From a virus, in IMG/VR virus record IMGVR_UViG_3300047472_000449: DNA of 64,000 nucleotides; one strand, 5' to 3'. The notes below the pieces were generated by a model, which worked only from the letters and a program-made list of their open reading frames with translations, did no database searches and was not told the origin of the DNA. This document shows, piece by piece, positions 54,261-62,083 of this stretch; the stretch's first letter is position 1; every line of letters begins with the position of its first letter. The translations under genes were made by a program, and so were the position numbers.

Positions 54261-54641
54261 ATGCCAAGCCCAGCCGAAATTCAAGCCAAGTACGACCAGC
54301 GTGATGCCGACATTTTCGCGCTGAAGAACAAGGGCGAGGTCACTGCTGCTGATCTGAAGGCGCTCGACCGTTTGGGTCGCTTTCGTGTGGCTGACGAGAT
54401 GTGGCATCTCTGCACCGAAGGCGCGAAAATCTCGCTGCTCAACGATGAGCATCCGCACGTGAAGAGCTGCGCCGTCCTGGCTCAATCGGCGAAGAGCTTC
54501 GCTCAGTGGTATCTTGAGAATAACGAGGTGCCCGATGATGTCGAGATCTTTGAGACTTTCGAGGCAGACGGTGAGGCGCGTTATGTCTGGCCGCAGGTTC
54601 AGCAGGGTTATGTGGAATGGCTGAGCTTGCAGGGGAAGTAA
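54261..54641 (+). CDS. hypothetical protein
   Basis: AAGGAG RBS; promoter TTGACA-16-TATAAT at 54206-54233. Confidence 0.8.
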   Translation: MPSPAEIQAKYDQRDADIFALKNKGEVTAADLKALDRLGRFRVADEMWHLCTEGAKISLLNDEHPHVKSCAVLAQSAKSFAQWYLENNEVPDDVEIFETFEADGEARYVWPQVQQGYVEWLSLQGK

Positions 54642-54720
54642 GTGCCCGCCAGGGTCAGATTGGGCGACTGATCTGACCCGTCACCCCGGCGAATAAAGTG
54701 GCAAAATATCGAAAATTGTA

Positions 54721-54749
54721 TTGACATATACACCGATATTATGTAGAAT
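54721..54749 (+). promoter_or_regulatory. sigma70 promoter
   Basis: TTGACA-17-TAGAAT. Confidence 0.75.
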
Positions 54750-54783
54750 AATCACCATACCCAGCACAGATGAGGATGTGGAA

Positions 54784-54906
54784 ATGAAGGTCAAAAACTT
54801 CGTCGCCAAGCACGCCCGTACCTTCTGCCGCGCTTCGGTGCAGGTGGATCGCCGTAAGGCTGAGCGTGGTGGCTACATCAAGCACAAGAAGCCTCTGGCG
54901 GAGTAG
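54784..54906 (+). CDS. 40-aa basic peptide of a phage-type family
   Basis: KNFVAKHARTFCRASVQVDRRKAERGGYIKHK; GAGGA RBS. Confidence 0.75.
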   Translation: MKVKNFVAKHARTFCRASVQVDRRKAERGGYIKHKKPLAE

Positions 54907-54992
54907 GTTTTCGACGGCTCCAGATTGTCGAGATGACTGCGACGGTCTGGGGCTCTACTGCAAATAGCTGCAACTCACCGAGGAGCTGGAAG

Positions 54993-55208
54993 ATGGCATC
55001 AAGACTTTGGACGGTTGCGCGCTTTCCGGCAGGCATGTGGAGCGCTGGTGGCAAGCCATCGGACTCAGATTACTCGCTTTGTGAGGTGTATCAAGTTCCG
55101 GCAGAAAGTGCTGAAAAGGCCACAAAAAAAGCTCAATCGGTTCGCTCCCGGCTGGTGAAGAAAGGTTCTCCGCTGCCGACGCAAGCCGCGCCCTACAAAT
55201 CTGATTAG
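54993..55208 (+). CDS. hypothetical protein, paralog of 30812..30982
   Basis: AGGAG RBS; LWTVARFP.G.W. Confidence 0.75.
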   Translation: MASRLWTVARFPAGMWSAGGKPSDSDYSLCEVYQVPAESAEKATKKAQSVRSRLVKKGSPLPTQAAPYKSD

Positions 55209-55326
55209 CCTCTGGCGTGATCGGGTGGCCTGGGTGTCGCCCTGGGCGGGGCTGTACGGCTTCCGTCCTGTGTCCTGAATGACGAGGCGCCCAAGTGGGT
55301 GCCTTTGTCCATCGCTTGAAAACCAC

Positions 55327-55365
55327 TGTGGAGGTACGTCCTGCGTATCCTCCTGCGTCCCGTGC
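55327..55365. repeat. 39-bp intergenic hairpin repeat, copy 1
   Basis: TGTGGAGGTACGTCCTGCGTATCCTCCTGCGTCCCGTGC. Confidence 0.85.
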
Positions 55366-55465
55366 GACTACCTCAGTCGCCCACGTTTATGTAAAATGAC
55401 ATTGACAATCGTGTGCCCCATGGTTACACTGTCATCCTTCGCTACAGATAAAGAGATCGCCAATC

Positions 55466-56071
55466 ATGGCCAGCAAAACCAGAGAGCAGGAAGCCCAGGA
55501 TCGCCGTGATTACCTGGATAAGACCAATGCCCTGTCGGCAATCATCAAGCCACTGAACACCGCTGAGTATGAGGCTGATTTCTCGTTCAAAGACATCGCC
55601 ACATGGTTGGCAAAAATTGCTGGGGAATGGGGTGGGCTGAACCTGAACCCCGATTACCAGCGTGGCCATGTCTGGAATCCTGAGCAGCAACGCCGCTTTA
55701 TCGAGAGCGTTCTGCGCGGCACCGTCTCCAGCTCCGGTTTTGTCTTGCAGTTCAACTGCCCCAACTGGGAAAACGACGATTACGCGGGTGACATGCCTGC
55801 GGGCTTCGAGTGCATTGACGGCCTGCAACGCTATACCGCCGTGCAGGCGTTTGTTGCAGGTGATATCAAGCCCTTTGGCTTGAGCGTAGAAGAGCTGCAA
55901 GGCAGCACCTATGCGATCCACCGGTATTCGTTCAAGATCGCCGTGCATTGCTTCCAGAACCGCGTTGACCTGCTGAATCATTATCTCGCTCACAACGATG
56001 GCGGTACGCCGCACAGCCGCGAGGAATTGGATCGGGTGACCAAACTCCGGGATGATGCAATGGCGGCTTAG
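55466..56071 (+). CDS. DUF262 (GmrS/ParB-fold) domain protein, stand-alone
   Basis: LNPDYQRGHVW...QQRRFIESVLRG...CIDGLQRYTAV..F; promoter TTGACA-17-TACACT at 55402-55430. Confidence 0.85.
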   Translation: MASKTREQEAQDRRDYLDKTNALSAIIKPLNTAEYEADFSFKDIATWLAKIAGEWGGLNLNPDYQRGHVWNPEQQRRFIESVLRGTVSSSGFVLQFNCPNWENDDYAGDMPAGFECIDGLQRYTAVQAFVAGDIKPFGLSVEELQGSTYAIHRYSFKIAVHCFQNRVDLLNHYLAHNDGGTPHSREELDRVTKLRDDAMAA

Positions 56072-56149
56072 CCGTCAGCTACTTGGTCGCCCTGCCCTTT
56101 GGGTGTGGCGACCAGGATCGTCCAGGTAACCACTCATTGATAATTAATT

Positions 56150-56189
56150 TGTCAGTGGTATTGACATTCGCCTCGAATCTGGGTAGAAT
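56150..56189 (+). promoter_or_regulatory. sigma70 promoter with palindromic -35 operator
   Basis: TGTCAGT-GGT-ATTGACA-17-TAGAAT. Confidence 0.8.
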
Positions 56190-56274
56190 AACCCCATCGA
56201 AACAAGAAATGCCCTACCAACCAGGGCGGTACTTGAAGGCCACCACCGGCCACCATTTCAGCGGGGAATTCACC

Positions 56275-56643
56275 ATGTCGAACACCGAACTCAAAACCGT
56301 CAAAGTGGCTGAATTCCGCAACGCCTACGACAACCTGTACCGTCAATCCAACGTTCACTACCACTCCTGTGTTGGTGCCAACGAGGTGCGTAACTGGAAG
56401 GTCGTCGCCGAACGCGTCCTGGCACAGACCAAATTGCTCCAGTGCAGCCGTGCCAATGAGTACGACAAGGAGCAGATGGCCAATGCGATCCGTTCCGTGA
56501 CTGAACGTCTGGCGGCTGCTGATGCGCGCATTGAGGAGCTGGATGAGCGCACTCGCCAGCTGCGTGAGAAGGCGCAGCGGGCCGAGCAGGCGCCTCAGGC
56601 CAAGCCTCAGCTGCAACTGATCCAGGGTGGCCGTTTGCACTAA
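56275..56643 (+). CDS. coiled-coil hypothetical protein
   Basis: GGGGAA RBS; biased codon usage. Confidence 0.8.
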   Translation: MSNTELKTVKVAEFRNAYDNLYRQSNVHYHSCVGANEVRNWKVVAERVLAQTKLLQCSRANEYDKEQMANAIRSVTERLAAADARIEELDERTRQLREKAQRAEQAPQAKPQLQLIQGGRLH

Positions 56644-56817
56644 GGCCCCACAAGCCAAGCTTTTGCCCTGTTGCGAGACTCGCAATGGGGCATTGCTGCA
56701 TTTAGAGTGGGGTATTCTGTCGATATAACAACAATATACCGTGACAAAATACGAAAATAACATTGACTTTTCCGTGAGGTTTAGCTATAATTAAGTCACA
56801 AGTCAGGGAGATCCGAT

Positions 56818-57069
56818 GTGAGCAACAACCCATTGGGCCTGCCAACACTGTACGCCCGATACGAGCCAACCAGTGATCGGATGGCTCTGGCATACGCCAG
56901 GGGCGGTAAGCCCAAACGCGACGTGTGTCTCTATGCAGACGACGCCGCCGCAGATTATCGAGGGCGATTCACATGGAGCAACAGGCGTAAGCCAAACAAG
57001 GCCAGTCGAACCTGCCTGCATGGCAACCTTCAGTGGCAACTGGTCTGGCTTGAAGATCTCGCGCAGTAG
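56818..57069 (+). CDS. hypothetical protein, paralog of 52473..52718
   Basis: see 52473; promoter TTGACT-17-TATAAT at 56763-56791. Confidence 0.85.
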   Translation: MSNNPLGLPTLYARYEPTSDRMALAYARGGKPKRDVCLYADDAAADYRGRFTWSNRRKPNKASRTCLHGNLQWQLVWLEDLAQ

Positions 57070-57192
57070 TGCAGTCGATCACCAGGGCCGCTCCGCCAGC
57101 GCAGCCCGAAGCAAGGCAATCTAAGCGTTAATAGATAGCCCCCACCCGCACAGCGCCAACAGGGATGCTGTCGTCTTTACCCTGGCAATCCT

Positions 57193-57231
57193 TGTGGAGG
57201 TACGTCTTGCGTATCCTCCCGCGTCCCGTGC
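57193..57231. repeat. 39-bp intergenic hairpin repeat, copy 2
   Basis: 37/39 identical to 55327-55365. Confidence 0.85.
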
Positions 57232-57341
57232 TCCCGAAAAGCCTTTGATCTTAAAATGGCCATACAGCCCGCACAGGGCTTTTTGTCGTCCTATAGATTA
57301 ATGCGTTACAATCACACTTAAATTAATAAGGATAATGACCA

Positions 57342-57698
57342 ATGATCGATTATGAGCCCGGTATCTCTTTTGAGGACTGGTTTAAGCTGGCGTTTAAAGG
57401 CCTTCCCGTGCCAAGCGAGTTCCTGGAATACCTGAAGGAGCATCCCGAAGGGCTCTCGGGTGAGCTGGGATCAGTGTGGGAGGCTCAGGAGATAATCGGA
57501 TGGACAGAAGAGCGTGATCTGCACGAACGAGGTGTCTGCTTAATTGGATGGGGCGCTGGCGCTATGACCCACTTTCTACTGGGAGCGAAGAACGGAAAGA
57601 TCTACATCGTGGATAAACATGACACCTCAATCGTGGATGCCACATTCTCCGGGATGCAGACCTTCATTAACCTAATGCAGTTTAATCTGCCTGATTAA
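57342..57698 (+). CDS. SMI1/KNR4 (SUKH)-like protein
   Basis: LP.PSEFLEYL...IG...G...L...NGKIY..D....V...FS....FI. Confidence 0.55.
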   Translation: MIDYEPGISFEDWFKLAFKGLPVPSEFLEYLKEHPEGLSGELGSVWEAQEIIGWTEERDLHERGVCLIGWGAGAMTHFLLGAKNGKIYIVDKHDTSIVDATFSGMQTFINLMQFNLPD

Positions 57699-58182
57699 TC
57701 GTGATGGGGTGCTCTGCACCCATAGAGAGGCGCACGTCGAGCGATTGGCAGTACTGTGCGTAATCCTCGGCAGCCTTCTTCCGGCCATCATTCCATCCGT
57801 CTGCCAATGCTGCATTACCGACCAGCATGAATGGAGTGCCTTCGACATTAAGACCGAATCCAATCCGCCCACATTCAAAGCTTGCCGTATAGGCAGTCTC
57901 CAGCAGCGCTGGATCGGCATTAGGCATCATGCTGCTCTCAAAGATTGATCGTGCTTCCCACAGGCGAGAATCAAGCCAGCCTTCCCTCCAGTTTTTGGCA
58001 AGCACCTCATGACGCGCCAGCAGCACCGGAACCTCATTGATGCCCAGGACACTGGAGCTGTGCATTCCACACATGCGAGCGTCAAATTTTGCGCTCTGCA
58101 CACGCTCTTGCTCAGGGATCAGCAAAAAGATCTCGTAATCGGCCCGAGCATTAATCGCGTAATAAAAATAGTCTTGATCCAT
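57682..58182 (-). CDS. hypothetical protein, family G (two modules)
   Basis: ARA.YEI...R...A..DA...G..S....GI..VP.LLA....LAK.W..GW..SR. Confidence 0.85.
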   Translation of the reverse strand: MDQDYFYYAINARADYEIFLLIPEQERVQSAKFDARMCGMHSSSVLGINEVPVLLARHEVLAKNWREGWLDSRLWEARSIFESSMMPNADPALLETAYTASFECGRIGFGLNVEGTPFMLVGNAALADGWNDGRKKAAEDYAQYCQSLDVRLSMGAEHPITINQAD

Positions 58183-58234
58183 TGTCTATCTCTGTAGGGC
58201 AGCAAGTCCCTTAATTTGACGGTTGTTGGTGGGC

Positions 58235-58528
58235 TCAATCGCTTGACATGAAGTCATGATCTTCATCTGACATGTTTTTATTCATCTCATCGATCCCCTC
58301 ATCATGGGATCGGGATTCCATCCAGCCTTGTTTCCAGACTTTAGCCAGAGGTTCGCGGGCAGCCAGCAGCTCTGGAACCTGATCAATCCCCATCAGACCA
58401 TAGCTCAGCTGTCCTGAGATGTGTGCATCCCAATATGCGTCCTCAAGACGATCAGCATCAGGAAGGATCTGGCAGATCTCGTAATTGGCCCGAGCATCCA
58501 GTGCGTGCGTGAAGAAATCGATGTGCAT
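58235..58528 (-). CDS. hypothetical protein, family G (one module)
   Basis: see 57682. Confidence 0.85.
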   Translation of the reverse strand: MHIDFFTHALDARANYEICQILPDADRLEDAYWDAHISGQLSYGLMGIDQVPELLAAREPLAKVWKQGWMESRSHDEGIDEMNKNMSDEDHDFMSSD

Positions 58529-58585
58529 TTGCAGTCTCCAGATGCCAGTGAGTCCCTTAATTGGACGGTATTGAGTAGCCTTTGA

Positions 58586-58780
58586 TCAGATCAGATTGCC
58601 ATCTTCATCAATACCGAGGTGCCCACGGGTAATCCAGCCCCGATTAAATGCCTCGACAATGTACTCTGCCAGCTCCTGAGGGCTGTGATACAGCGCCAGC
58701 TTGGCCACTGCCTGCTCGCCATCCTGGTGACCACGATAAATCGCAGCCATTTCCTGTGCCACGCTTCGATTAATTTCCAC
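58586..58780 (-). CDS. small hypothetical protein
   Basis: GTG start, GGAG RBS. Confidence 0.65.
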   Translation of the reverse strand: MEINRSVAQEMAAIYRGHQDGEQAVAKLALYHSPQELAEYIVEAFNRGWITRGHLGIDEDGNLI

Positions 58781-58841
58781 TGGAATCTCCGATAGGGAAG
58801 CAAGTCCCTTATTTAATGAGTTAAGACGTTTTTGTTAGCAA

Positions 58842-58997
58842 TCAATTGTCGTCATCGTCGCCATTATCAATGACCTGATAATCGTACGGGGAGATTGCCG
58901 TGCCGCAACAGCTACAGCAATCAGATGAAGCGCTGTAGTCATACTGCGACCAGTTGTAATTGCACGGAGAGCAGTAGTAATAATTGAGGTAATTCAT
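58842..58997 (-). CDS. 51-aa Cys/Tyr-rich zinc-ribbon peptide
   Basis: YYYCSPC.Y.W......DCCSCCG. Confidence 0.6.
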   Translation of the reverse strand: MNYLNYYYCSPCNYNWSQYDYSASSDCCSCCGTAISPYDYQVIDNGDDDDN

Positions 58998-59028
58998 GCC
59001 GATCACCCTGTGCGTTGAGAGTGAGGTA

Positions 59029-59068
59029 AGTATACCCGTACCCCATGATATTGTCAATGTTATTGACG
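59029..59068 (-). promoter_or_regulatory. sigma70 promoter with palindromic -35 operator
   Basis: TATACT/17/TTGACA; TGTCAAT-GTT-ATTGACG. Confidence 0.85.
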
Positions 59069-59210
59069 ATATATGCCATGATCGAAATCCGAACGACTCA
59101 CCCTTGTAGCATTCAGAAACTGAGTTTCTATGCAAAGGCATCTGGCATGCAAAAATAAACTGTTCTTCCGCATACTTATAGCGTTATTATATTGAAAAAC
59201 AGGAGGCGAC

Positions 59211-59447
59211 ATGGCTAACGTATATCTGAAATCAAAGAAACAAAAAGACAATGGCAGCGTGGATAAAACGTTCGCAGTCGATTGGGTGGATTTAGAAGCC
59301 GAATTTGTCGTCAACGAAACAGGTGACGGCTGGGAGATCGATTACATTCATGTGATCAAGGGTGACAAAGATGAAGTAGAAGAGATCGTAGATCATTACA
59401 TGATGAATGAATACGAATTCGACGAAACTGAATACGCAGCAAACTGA
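59211..59447 (+). CDS. small acidic protein
   Basis: AGGAGG RBS. Confidence 0.8.
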   Translation: MANVYLKSKKQKDNGSVDKTFAVDWVDLEAEFVVNETGDGWEIDYIHVIKGDKDEVEEIVDHYMMNEYEFDETEYAAN

Positions 59448-59476
59448 TTCTTACACAGCAGCTAAGTCAACACGCT

Positions 59477-60511
59477 TTTGCTCACAAAAAAACCAAGCTC
59501 TCGGTTAAACCCAAGCTTGGTTTTTTATTAACTGTTCCGTGTTCGGTTTTTTGTGAACAAAGCTTTTCAATGAGGATGACAGGATGGACGATAAGGCAAA
59601 AACAGATCTGCATGAATGGCTTGGCGAAAAAGGCTTTAGCGGCTCATTTGAAGGCCTAGAGACAAAGCTTCATGGCCTTGAAAGGGAAAGCCGAGACCGA
59701 ATTTGTTGGATGCTTTGGGAAGGGCAATTTCACTCAAACAAACGCATCATCGAATATCTCAAGAGAATCTATGCGCTTGGGAACAAGCATTTCAAGCATC
59801 ATTCCATGACTGGTGATTATCTTATTCTCGGTTCAATGGAGTTCTCAACGCCTAGAGCTGAATACGTTCACCGAGATATCAAGGCAATCACTGTCAGGCT
59901 AGACTGGACAGGCCAGCAATATCATAAGGAACTCGAAGTACGCATAATTTTCAAGTATGGCAACGATGATGGCATCAGAAATCGTTACGCTATATTCAAG
60001 CTGTAAGGGGCAGCTCCGGCAGCACGACCCGAATCCTCGCCAACACCGTATTCCACCCAGGCATCGGTACTGAGGATTCGGAAGGGCTTTTTTGTGAACA
60101 AAAACACTACGTGAGTCATAACGTAGTTTTTTGTGGACAAACAAAAGCCAGAACCGGCATCCATCAAATCATCCAGCAAGACTAAAATTGCGCTCTTGTT
60201 TGTGAGCAAAAAAAGAAGCTCTTCACCTTCAAATTAAGGGACTCGCTGGCCATGGGTCGGACGAGATCGCCTCCTGTCCACTCCCTCGCTTTTGATGGCC
60301 TCTGCCCTCCTCCTGATATCCGTCATTCATTAAATCGCTCTACCGCTATGCTGGTGGCCTGTCTGGTGCTGCGCGCCCACTTTGGCAGGTGCTGATTTGA
60401 GGACAAAAAACCCGACAGACCAAAGCCTGACGGGTTCTATTTGAATCGAGGGATCTGTTTGAGGACAAAGAACTACGTTATGGATAAGGGACTGCTTTGT
60501 TTGTTCACAAA
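59477..60511. repeat. eight copies of 12-bp TTTG(T/A)G(A/G)(A/G)CAAA box
   Basis: 59477(rc), 59550, 60091, 60130, 60199, 60396, 60458, 60500(rc). Confidence 0.85.
59584..60006 (+). CDS. hypothetical protein
   Basis: GAGGA RBS, 140 aa. Confidence 0.7.
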   Translation: MDDKAKTDLHEWLGEKGFSGSFEGLETKLHGLERESRDRICWMLWEGQFHSNKRIIEYLKRIYALGNKHFKHHSMTGDYLILGSMEFSTPRAEYVHRDIKAITVRLDWTGQQYHKELEVRIIFKYGNDDGIRNRYAIFKL

Positions 60512-60528
60512 AAAGCGCTTCTAACCCT

Positions 60529-61332
60529 CTAGATAAGGGACTCGCTGGCCGAGACGGGTCTTGGGGGGAGCTGTTCATCCAGCAATTGTCTTAGCCCTAT
60601 TGATGCTGTCTGTTCAATGTTGATGACATCATAAATCGAGCGAATGTAATACTGCTGGTCAAGTTCCTTTATATGATCGAAGGAAACAGGGTTGATAAAT
60701 ATGATCAGGGCGTTGTTTCTTCGCGCTGCCATTAGAAAATCAATAAGATAGCTAAAGTGTAGCTCTGTTCCTATCACAAGAAGAACATCTGCCTTTGATG
60801 ATGCTGAAATCGCCGATTTGTAATTCTTCGATTTAATGCTCTCGCCAAACATTACAATTCTCGGCCTTAAGATCGACTTTGGCGTATCAATGCATGTTGA
60901 GCATTTTGGAACGCCTGACTGCTCATTATTAAGCTGGCAGAGCTGGCCGCACCTGATGCATGAATAAGTGTTTGCAGTGCCGTGTAGCTCGATTACATGT
61001 TTCTCATCGATACCAGCCAATACCGAATATCCATCAATGTTTTGAGTTATTTCAACAAATGACTTGGATTGGTTACTAATCTTTTTGAGAAGTCGATGAG
61101 CTTCGTTTGGCTCGCAACTTTTGATTTTTGAGTAAATACTCCACCAATATCGCCAAAATAGTTCTGGCCGGTGTTTTGCTGTATGAGCACTGATTATTTT
61201 TTCAATAGGTTCGCCAAGTTCTTTCTCTATCGTTGTATAAATGCCATTGGCACCACGATATGTTGGTATTCCACTTTCTTCACTCAGGCCTGCTCCAGTG
61301 ATGGCAACTACATTGTATCGAGAGAAATTCAT
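60529..61332 (-). CDS. Sir2/CobB-like NAD+-dependent deacylase (sirtuin)
   Basis: ITGAGLSEESGIPTYRG; ITQNIDG; ELHG; CIRC..CSTC; RPRIVMFGE; VIGT; start refined to ATG 61332. Confidence 0.92.
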   Translation of the reverse strand: MNFSRYNVVAITGAGLSEESGIPTYRGANGIYTTIEKELGEPIEKIISAHTAKHRPELFWRYWWSIYSKIKSCEPNEAHRLLKKISNQSKSFVEITQNIDGYSVLAGIDEKHVIELHGTANTYSCIRCGQLCQLNNEQSGVPKCSTCIDTPKSILRPRIVMFGESIKSKNYKSAISASSKADVLLVIGTELHFSYLIDFLMAARRNNALIIFINPVSFDHIKELDQQYYIRSIYDVINIEQTASIGLRQLLDEQLPPRPVSASESLI

Positions 61333-61426
61333 GATATGGCTCAATAGAAATAAGAAACATGGTGGAGTATAGTACCTAATATTAGATTTTTCATAGCGCG
61401 CTATGCGCGAAGGTTCCCAGGTTGTT

Positions 61427-62083
61427 ATGTCGAGTCCTTTTATTGCTTCACCTCTAGACTTCAAATCACTTAGGTCTAATGGATATATCTGCACAAGCGT
61501 TACGAGTCATATGGCAAACTTGTTGCTAAAATGTGTTAAGTCAGAGCGTTTTGTCGATGATTTCGAATCAAAGACAGGGGATGGCTACACCCAATCCGAA
61601 ACTGAATACTCAAACATGTATGTGGCCAAAGATCGTATGGGTGAACGCCCAGGCGGATTCTATGAAGTTTGGTTAAGTAACCTCATGGCGTGGGCTAAGC
61701 CTTATGTCGGCATGTACATGAATGCTCCGACCGGCCTTGATGCGCATCTGGCAATTACGGAATGCCGCAACGGTTATCACATGGATTGGCATCATGATGT
61801 CGGTGAGCGCGGTGTGGCGCTGGCCTTGCTCTATCTGAGTGAGCATGACATTGAGAAGCGCCACGGTGGTGAGCTTCTGGTTTCAAAAGTGCATCGAGAC
61901 GCACGTGGCAATTCAGATAGCAGAGAGGTTACCGGAGTATTCACTCCGTCACATGGCAGGCTTGTGTTGCTTGATGCCTCTTCTACACGATTCGAGCACA
62001 AGGTTGAGGAATATAAAAACAATGAATTTAACAGGTACTGCTTAGCTGCGGTTCTTGGAATGCCGAGGTCTGATAATGTTTAA
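61427..62083 (+). CDS. 2OG-Fe(II) oxygenase (prolyl-4-hydroxylase-like)
   Basis: WHHD (HxD), LLYLS, GGEL, P.HGRLVL, FEHKV, R. Confidence 0.85.
   Translation: MSSPFIASPLDFKSLRSNGYICTSVTSHMANLLLKCVKSERFVDDFESKTGDGYTQSETEYSNMYVAKDRMGERPGGFYEVWLSNLMAWAKPYVGMYMNAPTGLDAHLAITECRNGYHMDWHHDVGERGVALALLYLSEHDIEKRHGGELLVSKVHRDARGNSDSREVTGVFTPSHGRLVLLDASSTRFEHKVEEYKNNEFNRYCLAAVLGMPRSDNV

Larger units (their letters stand above)
58205..60542. repeat. six copies of (A/G)(A/T)TAAGGGACT motif
   Basis: minus strand at 58205, 58551, 58803; plus strand at 60232, 60483, 60532. Confidence 0.85.

Noticed and set aside
58551-58570. AATTAAGGGACTCACT resembling T7-family phage RNA polymerase promoters
   Set aside because: Only one of six copies has CTCACT, the conserved ACTATAG core is absent and no such polymerase is in the window.
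59477-60511. TTTGTGAACAAA boxes as Rex or Anr/Fnr operators
   Set aside because: Spacing does not fit TTGTGAA-N4-TTCACAA or TTGAT-N4-ATCAA.
60529-61332. Sirtuin as a known defence NADase (Thoeris, DSR, Sir2-HerA, SPARSA)
   Set aside because: It keeps the zinc-binding CobB-type architecture and none of the known partner genes is adjacent.
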